A stretch of 64,000 nt of DNA from an uncultured Arcobacter sp. (lineage in GTDB: Bacteria > Campylobacterota > Campylobacteria > Campylobacterales > Arcobacteraceae). The number at the start of each line of letters is the position of its first letter. Position 1 is the stretch's first letter. The notes under the pieces were generated by a model. The model saw only the letters and a program-made list of their open reading frames with translations, was not told the origin of the DNA and made no database searches. Where the stretch lies: contig OZ223301.1 of the NCBI GenBank assembly GCA_965140705.1, positions 224,001 to 288,000 of the forward strand. Reading direction: 5' to 3'. Both the position numbers and the translations under genes were made by a program. This document shows, piece after piece, positions 1-9,000 of the stretch.

Positions 1-258
1 ACTCAAAATAAATCAAAAAGAAAAAAATATTTTGTACATAAACAAGCTAAAAAAGTAGCTAATTATCATAAGAACTTATTAAAAAGTGTAAAGGGTATGT
101 TAGCTATTATGGGACTTAAAAATGTTAGTCAATTAAACAAACATAGAATTATGTTTATAGATAAAGATGCAAAAGTTTATGATAATATGGATGATGTATT
201 TAAAAGAAAATTAAAAATTGGTAGAGACTTGGAGGACGAATATCATGAACATGGATAA
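1..258 (+). CDS. 3' end of FMN-binding glutamate synthase family protein (partial)
   Basis: Frame +1 is open from base 1 to TAA at 256-258 and reads TQNK...AKKVANYHKNLLKSVKGMLAIMGL, resembling the C-terminus of FMN-binding glutamate synthase-like proteins. Not in the ORF track. Confidence 0.7.
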   Translation, partial: TQNKSKRKKYFVHKQAKKVANYHKNLLKSVKGMLAIMGLKNVSQLNKHRIMFIDKDAKVYDNMDDVFKRKLKIGRDLEDEYHEHG

Positions 259-622
259 GGTTATTTCCGGTTTTTTCATTATTTTAGCAATGACCGTAAA
301 CTTTGGTTTTGTTTACGGTGACTTAGATACTATGACTCACCATAGTAAATATGAACTTTTTGCTGCAATTATTATAAATATAATTGCAACAGTGCTTAAA
401 CTAGGAGATAGAACTCAAGTTGGTTCTGTTCTTTTAGCAACTTCACTTGTCGCAGATATCCAATTAATATCCGCAGCTTCTGTATGGACAATAGCTGCAT
501 ATGCAAGTATAGTTACTTCTGAAGTTAGTACAACTATTGTATCTCTTTCAGCAGGAGCCTTATTAGCAAATATTGTTTCTGTGCTTCTTTATGTGGGAGA
601 CACATTAAAATCAAAACGATAG
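245..622 (+). CDS. Small membrane protein (DUF6394-like), usually next to K+ channel genes
   Basis: GGAGG at 231-235 precedes ATG 245. About four hydrophobic helices. Confidence 0.65.
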   Translation: MNMDKVISGFFIILAMTVNFGFVYGDLDTMTHHSKYELFAAIIINIIATVLKLGDRTQVGSVLLATSLVADIQLISAASVWTIAAYASIVTSEVSTTIVSLSAGALLANIVSVLLYVGDTLKSKR

Positions 623-648
623 TTTCCTTGAAAACGATAGGTTAAATT

Positions 649-2340
649 TTGACAAATAGTACATTATGGATAGTTCTTCTTAGAATGAGAATGCCTTTTA
701 TTGTAATAATATTAACTTATACTATTGCAATAACGGGGCTTTTATTAATTGACGGGGTAGATGATAAAGGTAATGTTTATCATATGTCAATTTTTGATGC
801 ATATTATTTTGTAACTTATACTGCCAATACAATTGGATTTGGTGAAACACCATATGCCTTTACTTATCCCCAAAGAATGTGGGTTAGTTTTTCAATTTAT
901 CTTACTGTATTAGGTTGGTTTTATGGCATAGGAACACTTGTTTCTTTGCTTCAAGATAAAGTTTTATTAGAAGAACTTAAAAGAAATAAATTTAGAAGAA
1001 ATGTAAAAAAGATAAGACAAAGTTTTATTATCGTTTTGGGTTATAATAATATTACTTCTGAAATTATAAAAAAAGCCCTAAGTTATGAGATAAGAACGGT
1101 AGTAATAGAATCAGATGAGAATAGGGTAAATGATTTACTTTTAGAGAATTTTACTCCTTATGTACCCGTATTATTTTCAGATGTAAACTCTCCAAAAGTT
1201 TTAGAAGAAGCAGGAATAAAAAAGAGTAATTGTCGAGGATTAGTATGTCTATTTAATGATGACAAGTTAAATTTAAAAGTTGCAGTTATGTCTAAGATTT
1301 TAAATAGAAATATAAAACTTGTCGTAAAAGCTTCAACTTCAAATCAAAGTGAAAATTTAAATGATATTGGAGTTGATATCGTTGCAAATCCTTTTTCTAT
1401 TATTTCAAAAGAGATTGATATTGCTTTTAAAGCACCAAATATTTTAAAACTTGAAAAATGGATTTACAAAATAGATAATTTGAATGCCCAAACTCCTAAT
1501 TTCCCAATGGGAAGATATATAATTTGTGGTTTTGGTCGTATGGGAAATTATTTGCAGGATCGTTTAAGTGATAATGAAATTGAGTTAGTTTTTATAGAAA
1601 TTGATGATAAAAAATTAGCAAATTATAAAGAAGATAATGTTTCTAGAATTATTATTGGCGATGCTGATGATAAAAAAGTTCTTACAGAAGCTGGAATTCT
1701 TGATAGTGTGGCAATAATAGCTGCAACAAATGATGATACAACTAATTTATCTATTTTAAGTAGTGCTAAAAAACTAAATTCAAAAATTGTAACAATTGCA
1801 AGGGGAAATGAGTTAAACTATTTTTCTATGTTTCAAGACTCTAGGATTGATCATGTTTTTTTACCCTCAAATATTTTAATAAATAAAACAACTAATGCTT
1901 TAATAAATCCCTTATCAGATATGTTTATTCAAGAGATGATAACTAAAGATGAAGTTTGGGCTTCAAAGTTAGTAAAAAGGCTAACTCAAACTATAGATGA
2001 AAACCCTTTATTAGAATCAATTGAGATAGATAACTTTGATGCACCAGAAATTTATAAGCATTTAGATAATGGCGAAGAATTAAAATTAAAGATATTTAGA
2101 ACATCATTACATAATCGAGAGTTAAATAATAATGTAGTACCCTTAGCTTTAATAAGAGGCGATGAAAAATATTTAATTCCTGATTGGGATATGCCCTTAG
2201 AAAAAAATGATAAAATACTTTTTGCATGTGATGAATATGCAAAGGATGATATGCTACATATTGCACAAAATATTTATGAATTTTATTATGCATATAGTGG
2301 AAAAGAAAAAAGAACAATTTTAAGAAGGATATTAAAATGA
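649..2340 (+). CDS. Potassium channel protein with two RCK/TrkA-N domains
   Basis: TIGFGE filter-like motif between TM helices, and two NAD-binding RCK motifs (VLGYNN, ICGFGRMG). Confidence 0.85.
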   Translation: MTNSTLWIVLLRMRMPFIVIILTYTIAITGLLLIDGVDDKGNVYHMSIFDAYYFVTYTANTIGFGETPYAFTYPQRMWVSFSIYLTVLGWFYGIGTLVSLLQDKVLLEELKRNKFRRNVKKIRQSFIIVLGYNNITSEIIKKALSYEIRTVVIESDENRVNDLLLENFTPYVPVLFSDVNSPKVLEEAGIKKSNCRGLVCLFNDDKLNLKVAVMSKILNRNIKLVVKASTSNQSENLNDIGVDIVANPFSIISKEIDIAFKAPNILKLEKWIYKIDNLNAQTPNFPMGRYIICGFGRMGNYLQDRLSDNEIELVFIEIDDKKLANYKEDNVSRIIIGDADDKKVLTEAGILDSVAIIAATNDDTTNLSILSSAKKLNSKIVTIARGNELNYFSMFQDSRIDHVFLPSNILINKTTNALINPLSDMFIQEMITKDEVWASKLVKRLTQTIDENPLLESIEIDNFDAPEIYKHLDNGEELKLKIFRTSLHNRELNNNVVPLALIRGDEKYLIPDWDMPLEKNDKILFACDEYAKDDMLHIAQNIYEFYYAYSGKEKRTILRRILK

Positions 2341-3137
2341 AAGTTTTAGCTGGACCTTGTGTTTTAGAAGATAGAGACACAGTATTTAGAATAGCAGAAA
2401 AATTGAAGCCTTTAAGTGAAGATAAAAGAATTGATTTTTATTTTAAAGCTTCATTTGATAAAGCAAATAGAACAAGTTTGGATTCATATAGAGGACCTGG
2501 GCTTGATAATGGATTGAAACTTTTTGAAGAGATAAAAAAAGAGTTTGGATATAAACTTATAACAGATATTCATGAGTCACATCAAGCAGCACCTGCTTCA
2601 GAAGTTATGGATATTTTACAAATACCTGCATTTTTGTGTAGACAGACAGATTTACTTGTTGCTGCTGCAAAAACATCATGCATAATAAATGTAAAAAAAG
2701 GTCAATTCTTAGCAGCTGATGCTATGAGACATCCAATTGATAAAATACTCAAAACTAGAGGGGTTGATGAGGTTAGTTACCAAAACTCCCTTGATAATAA
2801 TGTATGGCTTTGTGAAAGAGGTAATACTTTTGGATATGGGGCACTTGTAGTTGATATGAGAAATTTACTGCTTATGAAAGAGTATGCACCAGTTATTTTT
2901 GATGCAACTCACTCTGTTCAAATACCAAGTACAGGTGGAACAACAGGAGGTAACTCTGCTTTTGTTCCATCTATGGCAAAAGCAGCAGCAGCTGTTGGTG
3001 TTGATGGTTTCTTTTTTGAAACGCACACTGATCCAAGTGTTGCAAAAAGTGATGGACCAAATATGCTAAAAATCGAAGACTTATATAAGACTATAAATGA
3101 GATTTTTGCAATCCAAGGGGCTTTAGGATATAATTAA
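2337..3137 (+). CDS. kdsA: KDO-8-phosphate synthase
   Basis: AGPCVLE, KASFDKANRTS, QIPAFLCRQTDL and DATHSVQ motifs. Confidence 0.97.
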   Translation: MKVLAGPCVLEDRDTVFRIAEKLKPLSEDKRIDFYFKASFDKANRTSLDSYRGPGLDNGLKLFEEIKKEFGYKLITDIHESHQAAPASEVMDILQIPAFLCRQTDLLVAAAKTSCIINVKKGQFLAADAMRHPIDKILKTRGVDEVSYQNSLDNNVWLCERGNTFGYGALVVDMRNLLLMKEYAPVIFDATHSVQIPSTGGTTGGNSAFVPSMAKAAAAVGVDGFFFETHTDPSVAKSDGPNMLKIEDLYKTINEIFAIQGALGYN

Positions 3138-3168
3138 GCCCTTATATAAAATTTTCGGAGAAATTTAA

Positions 3169-3639
3169 ATGAATATTATTGAAGGTAAATTAAGACTTGA
3201 CGGAAGCGAAAAAGTTCTTATTATAAATGGTAGATTTAATCATATTATTACAGATAGACTAGTTGAAGGTGCAAAAGATGCCTTTATTAGACATGGTGGA
3301 AATGAAGCAAACTTAGATTTAGTATTAGTTCCTGGTGCATTTGAAATTCCTTTTGCTTTAGAAAAAGCATTGGCTTCAAATAAATATGATGCTGTATGTT
3401 GTGTAGGTGCTGTAATAAGAGGGTCAACTCCTCATTTTGATTATATTTCAGCTGAAGCTACAAAAGGTATTGCAACAGTTGGTATCAAATCAGGTAAACC
3501 TGTAGCAAATGGTGTTTTAACAACTGATACTATTGAGCAAGCAATTGAGCGAGCTGGAAGTAAAGTTGGAAATAAAGGTGCTGAAGCTATGGTTACTATC
3601 ATTGAGATGTTAGATTTATATAAAGAGATGGGAAAATAG
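3169..3639 (+). CDS. ribH: 6,7-dimethyl-8-ribityllumazine synthase
   Basis: [22 protein letters not shown] and GNKG motifs. Confidence 0.97.
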   Translation: MNIIEGKLRLDGSEKVLIINGRFNHIITDRLVEGAKDAFIRHGGNEANLDLVLVPGAFEIPFALEKALASNKYDAVCCVGAVIRGSTPHFDYISAEATKGIATVGIKSGKPVANGVLTTDTIEQAIERAGSKVGNKGAEAMVTIIEMLDLYKEMGK

Positions 3640-3640
3640 A

Positions 3641-4039
3641 TTGGCAACTAGAACACAAGCTAGAGAGTCTGTAATAGGACTTCTTTATGCATATGACTTA
3701 GGAAATGAGGGAATTGTAAAGTTTGTAGATGAAATTTTAGAAGATAAAAAGATCAGAAATAAGCAAAAAGAGTTTGCCTTAAACTTATTTAATGGTGTAG
3801 TAAATAATTATGCCCTTATAAACGAACATATTGAATCACATCTTAATCAAGGAACTATAAAAGATATAGGTTCTGTAGAAAAATCTATTTTAAGACTTGC
3901 TATTTATGAAATACTATTTGAAACACTTGATAGGGCTATTATTATAAATGAAGCAATAGAATTATCAAAAAGATTAGCAAGTGATGGCGCACCAAAATTC
4001 ATAAATGGTGTATTGGATAAAGTTACTAAGGAAGTTTAA
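3641..4039 (+). CDS. nusB: Transcription antitermination factor NusB
   Basis: ILRLAIYE, INEAIELSK and FINGVLD motifs. Follows ribH. TTG start. Confidence 0.95.
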   Translation: MATRTQARESVIGLLYAYDLGNEGIVKFVDEILEDKKIRNKQKEFALNLFNGVVNNYALINEHIESHLNQGTIKDIGSVEKSILRLAIYEILFETLDRAIIINEAIELSKRLASDGAPKFINGVLDKVTKEV

Positions 4040-4725
4040 TGAAACTATGTATTTCATTGGATTTACCAAGTGCAGATGCAAATCTTGAATTGGTAAAAAA
4101 AGTAAAAGACTATGATGTTTGGTTAAAAGTTGGATTTAGAACATATATAAGAGATGGAAAATATTTTTTAGAAGAGATAAAAGAGATAAATCCAAATTTT
4201 AAGATTTTTTTAGATTTAAAACTTTATGACATACCAAATACTATGGCAGATGCAGCAGAAGAGATAGCTGCATTAGGACTTGTAGATATGTTTAATGTCC
4301 ATGCAAGTGCGGGAATAGATGCAATGAAAGAAGTAATGGATAGAATTAAAGATATTCCAAATAGACCTTTAGTTTTAGCTGTTACAGCTTTAACTTCTTT
4401 TGATAATGAAAGTTTTAGATCTATTTATAATGAATATATAACCACAAAAGCAACACAGTTTGCAAAAGATACTTTTAATGCTGGTATTGATGGAGTTGTT
4501 TGTTCTGCTTTTGAAAGTGCTGATATCAAAAAGAATACTTCTGAAAACTTTATCACTCTTTGTCCTGGTATTAGACCTTTTGGTGAAGATGCGGGAGATC
4601 AAAAAAGAGTTGCAGATATTCCCTTTGCAAAAGAAAATAAAGTAGACTTTATTGTTGTTGGAAGACCTATTTATAAAGATGAAAATCCTAATGAAGTAGT
4701 TAAAAAGATTTTAGATACTATCTAA
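4039..4725 (+). CDS. pyrF: Orotidine-5'-phosphate decarboxylase
   Basis: FLDLKLYDIPNT, PGIRP, DQKR and VVGRPI motifs. Confidence 0.96.
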   Translation: MKLCISLDLPSADANLELVKKVKDYDVWLKVGFRTYIRDGKYFLEEIKEINPNFKIFLDLKLYDIPNTMADAAEEIAALGLVDMFNVHASAGIDAMKEVMDRIKDIPNRPLVLAVTALTSFDNESFRSIYNEYITTKATQFAKDTFNAGIDGVVCSAFESADIKKNTSENFITLCPGIRPFGEDAGDQKRVADIPFAKENKVDFIVVGRPIYKDENPNEVVKKILDTI

Positions 4726-4827
4726 AACCTTTTTAGCAATTAAATTTCAAAAATTAATATAAAATCAATAAAAATTAAGCGATTTTTTAACTTTATTTGT
4801 CTAAAATCACATTCCTAATTCAAAGAA

Positions 4828-4918
4828 GGACAGTTGGGTGAGTTGGCTGAAACCACATCCCTGCTAAGGATGCGTACTGGCAACGGTACCGAGGGTTCGA
4901 ATCCCTCACTGTCCGCCA
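4828..4918 (+). tRNA. tRNA-Ser(GCT)
   Basis: GGACAGT/ACTGTCC acceptor stem, CATCC-CTGCTAA-GGATG anticodon arm, long variable arm, GTTCGAAT T-loop, encoded CCA. Confidence 0.97.
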
Positions 4919-4933
4919 CTATTGAATTAGTGA

Positions 4934-5010
4934 GGGTCTATAGCTCAGTTGGTTAGAGCACTCGGCTCATAACCGAGTGGTCCTGTGTTCGAGTCACAGT
5001 AGACCCACCA
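4934..5010 (+). tRNA. tRNA with CAT anticodon, probably tRNA-Ile2 (lysidine-modified) rather than Met
   Basis: GGGTCTA/TAGACCC acceptor, CTCGG-CTCATAA-CCGAG anticodon arm, CCA end. Lacks initiator hallmarks. Confidence 0.9.
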
Positions 5011-5057
5011 CTTATTTTATTGAAAAAAAAAGTTTTTTTTGATAAAATTTTTTTATT

Positions 5058-5134
5058 GCGGGAGTAGCTCAGTTGGCTAGAGCTTCTGCCTTCCAAGCAG
5101 ATTGTCGCGAGTTCGAGTCTCGTCTCCCGCTCCA
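5058..5134 (+). tRNA. tRNA-Gly(TCC)
   Basis: GCGGGAG/CTCCCGC acceptor, CTGC-CTTCCAA-GCAG anticodon arm, TCCA end. Confidence 0.97.
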
Positions 5135-5233
5135 CTAAAAGTCAAAATTTAAAATTTCTTTTGAGATTTTATGTCTTGATTTTTTTTATTTTAAATCTAA
5201 TCTTTTGAAACTTTAGTTCTATTAAAATTTATA

Positions 5234-6463
5234 TTACTTATTATAAAAATATATTTTTTTATCTATAAAAGAATAATATATTTTTGAATCATTAGTGTAT
5301 TTTCTTTCTTCAATTAATAGAATTAAGTAACCAATGTTCTTTCTATCATAACCACCTTTTACTTTTTCATATGTGTATACATTTTTAAAGAATATTTTTT
5401 TATTACCAAAAATATCTAAATACCAAAAAGTATCATTAATCTGGTATCTAATAGTTTCTGGAATTTTACCTTTTTCTAAAACTGAAAATGACTTATTTAT
5501 ACATATGTCTTTAGATAACTTTGATTTTATTTCATTAAATATTTTAAGAGGAATATCCACAGTAAAATCTACACCATTCTGAATTAGTAATGCTCTATTA
5601 AAAAGAAAATTGAAATGAAAATTATGAATAGTGGTATTTTTATTATTTATTTGTTTTGACCATTCTTTTTGATTAGCATATTCACAGAATGCAAATACAA
5701 AGATAATAATAAATATTACAAACAATATATTACTTAAGTTATCTTTATTATTTTTTGATTTAATATTATTTTCTTTTTCTATATATAATTTAATGATATT
5801 ATTTTCTTCTCTTTCCATACTTAAGTTTAATTTTGAATAAATTAAGGCGAGAATAAAAGCTACAAGAAATAAGATACTCATAATACTATATGCTGAAAAT
5901 TCTTCACTTCTAAATTTCCATATAAAAAATATTAGTAATGAAATATTAAATAGTGGAAATAAAAGTTTTTTAAATTGAAAGTTACTAAAAGTTCTTAATG
6001 GAATCATAATTCCCCTTGCAACTCCCATGTATATAGAAATAATTAGTGTTAGTAGTATATATAGTAAAAATAGGTTATTTGAATTAGAATAGCTTAAATT
6101 TAAGAGATTTACTGTTCCATATATAAAAACAAAATGCATGGAGATAAAACAAATATACTTGAAATACCATTCATTTAAAATACTATCTGTAAAATATTTA
6201 TTTTTAACTATTTTATTACTGATTTGAAAAGAAAGGAAAATTCCAAAACAAAATATAAATATAAGTGCAATAGGAATAAACATAAATAATAATATTATAG
6301 GAAAATTAGAAAAGTTTATTTCAGATAATAACATAACTAAGTATCCAGGCTTAAAACCAAAAAGAAAGCAAAAAACATTTATATCTAAAAGCATAAAAAA
6401 TGTAAAAACAAAAGGATAAAATTTTAAAGATATTTCGGCAATATATAATATTTTTTTAATCAT
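5234..6463 (-). CDS. Hypothetical polytopic membrane protein with soluble C-terminal domain
   Basis: About 8 hydrophobic segments followed by a hydrophilic C-terminus. ATG at 6463 lies 1 nt after the upstream stop, suggesting translational coupling. Confidence 0.65.
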   Translation of the reverse strand: MIKKILYIAEISLKFYPFVFTFFMLLDINVFCFLFGFKPGYLVMLLSEINFSNFPIILLFMFIPIALIFIFCFGIFLSFQISNKIVKNKYFTDSILNEWYFKYICFISMHFVFIYGTVNLLNLSYSNSNNLFLLYILLTLIISIYMGVARGIMIPLRTFSNFQFKKLLFPLFNISLLIFFIWKFRSEEFSAYSIMSILFLVAFILALIYSKLNLSMEREENNIIKLYIEKENNIKSKNNKDNLSNILFVIFIIIFVFAFCEYANQKEWSKQINNKNTTIHNFHFNFLFNRALLIQNGVDFTVDIPLKIFNEIKSKLSKDICINKSFSVLEKGKIPETIRYQINDTFWYLDIFGNKKIFFKNVYTYEKVKGGYDRKNIGYLILLIEERKYTNDSKIYYSFIDKKIYFYNK

Positions 6464-6464
6464 A

Positions 6465-7115
6465 TTAATATTTATACCCATCAATAAAAGATTTCTTAGA
6501 ACTAGTTTCAGAAGCAGATATCTGTATAAATAAAAGTTGATTCATTCCTTGTTCTGATACATTTATCCATGTAGTCTTTCCACCTTTAATTGCATTCATT
6601 ACATTATCATATGTCAATTCTATTGTAGCAATTGGGTCATCATCAAATAAATCAGCATCTATTAAAACAATTCTAAATCTATTTTCTTTAAATAAAGGCC
6701 AATTCTTATATCCTGCATTAAAACTTGGAGTATAAGAATTTTTTGATAAAGCATAACTTTTAGTAGCCAAGGCAATAGGTGTCCAAGCTATATTTGATAT
6801 GTTTTTTAAACTTGAACCTACTAATTGAATATACCCAATTACATCAGGAGCAGCAGTTCCTTTTGCAGCACTATTCACAATAGTATTTATAATACTTGAA
6901 ACCGGTATTCCAGTAGTAAGCATTTCATTAACCAAATTTGATGAAGCATTATCAATTTTTGCACCACCTTTATCCCATGTTGTTTTATCTATTTTAGTAG
7001 GAGCAATAACTGCACCTAAAACTGTTAAATTTATGTATTTAATTCCTTCCTTTGCATTTAAGATATTAAATACGAGTATAAATAGTAGTGTAAACTTAAT
7101 TTTGAAACTTTTCAA
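6465..7115 (-). CDS. Secreted protein with putative C2 (Ca2+/lipid-binding) domain
   Basis: Sec signal peptide (..FNILNA/KE). C2-like motifs LTVLGA, WD, APD, NSYTPSFN and IVLIDADLFDDDPIATIEL. AGGA RBS and TTG start. Confidence 0.6.
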   Translation of the reverse strand: MKSFKIKFTLLFILVFNILNAKEGIKYINLTVLGAVIAPTKIDKTTWDKGGAKIDNASSNLVNEMLTTGIPVSSIINTIVNSAAKGTAAPDVIGYIQLVGSSLKNISNIAWTPIALATKSYALSKNSYTPSFNAGYKNWPLFKENRFRIVLIDADLFDDDPIATIELTYDNVMNAIKGGKTTWINVSEQGMNQLLFIQISASETSSKKSFIDGYKY

Positions 7116-7205
7116 ATTTATATCCTATCTTTGATGTAATTATTTATATTAATTATAATATTATATTACAAGTTTCATATAATTTTCTAATTTAAAAGGC
7201 AATTG

Positions 7206-7340
7206 ATGATTAGGTTTGAGTTTCTTCCTGCAGGTAGTGGTGATTGTATATTTATTAATTTAGATGATACTAATGGTTATTTTGATAGACAATACACATA
7301 TACTGTAAATAATGGTTTAGCTAAATCTGTTAAACAATAA
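7206..7340 (+). pseudogene. Truncated MBL-fold (ComEC/Rec2-like) metallo-hydrolase N-terminus
   Basis: 44-codon ORF MIRFEFLPAGSGDCIFINLDD... with an AAGG RBS. Matches the FLPAGxGDCI N-terminal strand motif but lacks HxHxDH. Confidence 0.55.
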
Positions 7341-7479
7341 ATATCTTTAGAAGAATCACTCCCAGTAGACTTGCTACTAATAACCATCCAATAAAATATT
7401 GTTTAGAAGTGACTAGAATAATTCTATAATAATGTTTTAATTTTGTTAATGAATGAAGTATTCTCACCTAAGAATAACT

Positions 7480-7540
7480 TAGGTAAAGATACTCAATGTC
7501 TGACGATTTATTGATATTTAAAATATAGTTTTTCAGTTAC
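7480..7540 (+). repeat. Direct repeat copy 1 (25-bp identical core plus degenerate integrase 3' end)
   Basis: TAGGTAAAGATACTCAATGTCTGAC at 7480-7504 is identical to 10108-10132. Similarity continues for about 35 bp. Confidence 0.9.
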
Positions 7541-7677
7541 TTTTATTTTTTCTTAAATAAATAGTATCTAAAAATTATCAAATATTTTAAATTCTTTTAA
7601 AATTAATTATAAATTGAACAATTATTATGAAACTTTTTTGTATAATTTGCTAATTTTATAGAAAGTATTGAGAAATA

Positions 7678-9000
7678 ATGAATACAGAACAAGCATATAT
7701 TGAAAAAATAGATCAATTGTATCAATTACAAAGATACCAACAAGTGATTGAATTAAGTATGAAACACCTTTATAGTGAGCATAATTATACGGAGTATTTA
7801 TATACTAAAATTATTGAATCTTATTTGGCATTAGAATCTTTAGATAAAGCGGAAAAAATAATACAAGAGGTATTATCAAAATTTCCTAATAATAATTATT
7901 TTTATGCACTCTTTGCAAGATTACATCTTGGAAGAATGAATTATTTTAAAGCCTTAGAACAAATAGATAAAGCATTAAAAATAAATCCAAATGATTCTTA
8001 CTTATTTTATTTAAAAGGTGTAATTTTAAATGATAGAAGTGACTATAAAGATGCTAAAAAAGTTATTGAAAAGGCTTTAGAGTTTTCGAGTAATAATATA
8101 GATTATCTAAATATTTATGCACTTGTTCTTTATAATATGAGTGATAAAAAATATAAAAAAGTTTTAGATCAGATTTTAGAGATTGATTCAAACAATAGTG
8201 AAGCTATTTATCTAAAAGGGATAGAGAGTAAATCTTTTTTTAAAAGAAATGATGGGCTAAGAAAAGCTTTACGAATAAACCCTTTTAGTCAGGAATACCA
8301 ATTATCTTTTAAAGAGAATAAAAGAAATTTTATTCTTTATATAATTGCTTTCGTTTTAACTATAGTTAATGCTTTATTTATTTTGTTTACCAATATTCCA
8401 CAAAATGTAACAACCACTATAACTTTTATTTTATTTCTTATTCTTGTTCATCTTTCTTTTTATTTATTTCAAGCCCATATTTTAGCAACTTTCATTATTC
8501 TGCCGTATTTAATAGATATGAAAAAAGATTCCATTACATTATTAATAATTGCACTGGTACTTGCATTTGTAATTGGATATTTTTTAAGAAATCTTGCAAC
8601 ATTTATTAAATCTTCAATAAATTCAACAATAGAATCTTCAAAAGAGATGAAAAATACAATTAAGTATTTAACATTAAAGGATTTACCTTTTTTAATAAAG
8701 TCTAATTTTTTAAAAATTATACTATTTTTTTTAGTAACAATACTATTACTCAAAGAGTTTAAAGACTTAACAATGGTTGGAGTTGATAGAATACTTTTTT
8801 TATTAATACCATTTTTTGTGTTAGTTATGAGAAAGCAATTTAAATTTATATTATTAATACAATCATTTATTTTACTCTATATTGTGAACTTAATTGCTGG
8901 ATTTGTAATTGGTGCACTTGGACAAGGGCAAATAGGGAATATTGTTGTAGCTTTATTAATGTCTTTTATATATACTGAAACTATAAGGAGAATTGGGTGA
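7678..9000 (+). CDS. TPR-repeat protein with multi-pass membrane C-terminus
   Basis: Repeated A..ALKINP, ALEFSS, ILEIDS and ALRINP TPR ends, then about 7 hydrophobic helices. Confidence 0.8.
   Translation: MNTEQAYIEKIDQLYQLQRYQQVIELSMKHLYSEHNYTEYLYTKIIESYLALESLDKAEKIIQEVLSKFPNNNYFYALFARLHLGRMNYFKALEQIDKALKINPNDSYLFYLKGVILNDRSDYKDAKKVIEKALEFSSNNIDYLNIYALVLYNMSDKKYKKVLDQILEIDSNNSEAIYLKGIESKSFFKRNDGLRKALRINPFSQEYQLSFKENKRNFILYIIAFVLTIVNALFILFTNIPQNVTTTITFILFLILVHLSFYLFQAHILATFIILPYLIDMKKDSITLLIIALVLAFVIGYFLRNLATFIKSSINSTIESSKEMKNTIKYLTLKDLPFLIKSNFLKIILFFLVTILLLKEFKDLTMVGVDRILFLLIPFFVLVMRKQFKFILLIQSFILLYIVNLIAGFVIGALGQGQIGNIVVALLMSFIYTETIRRIG

Noticed and set aside
4953..5135. 60-aa minus-strand ORF
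   Set aside because: It is the antisense of two tRNA genes.
7300..7440. Short minus-strand ORFs in the island spacer
   Set aside because: Under 40 aa with no recognisable motif. They may be debris but cannot be supported.
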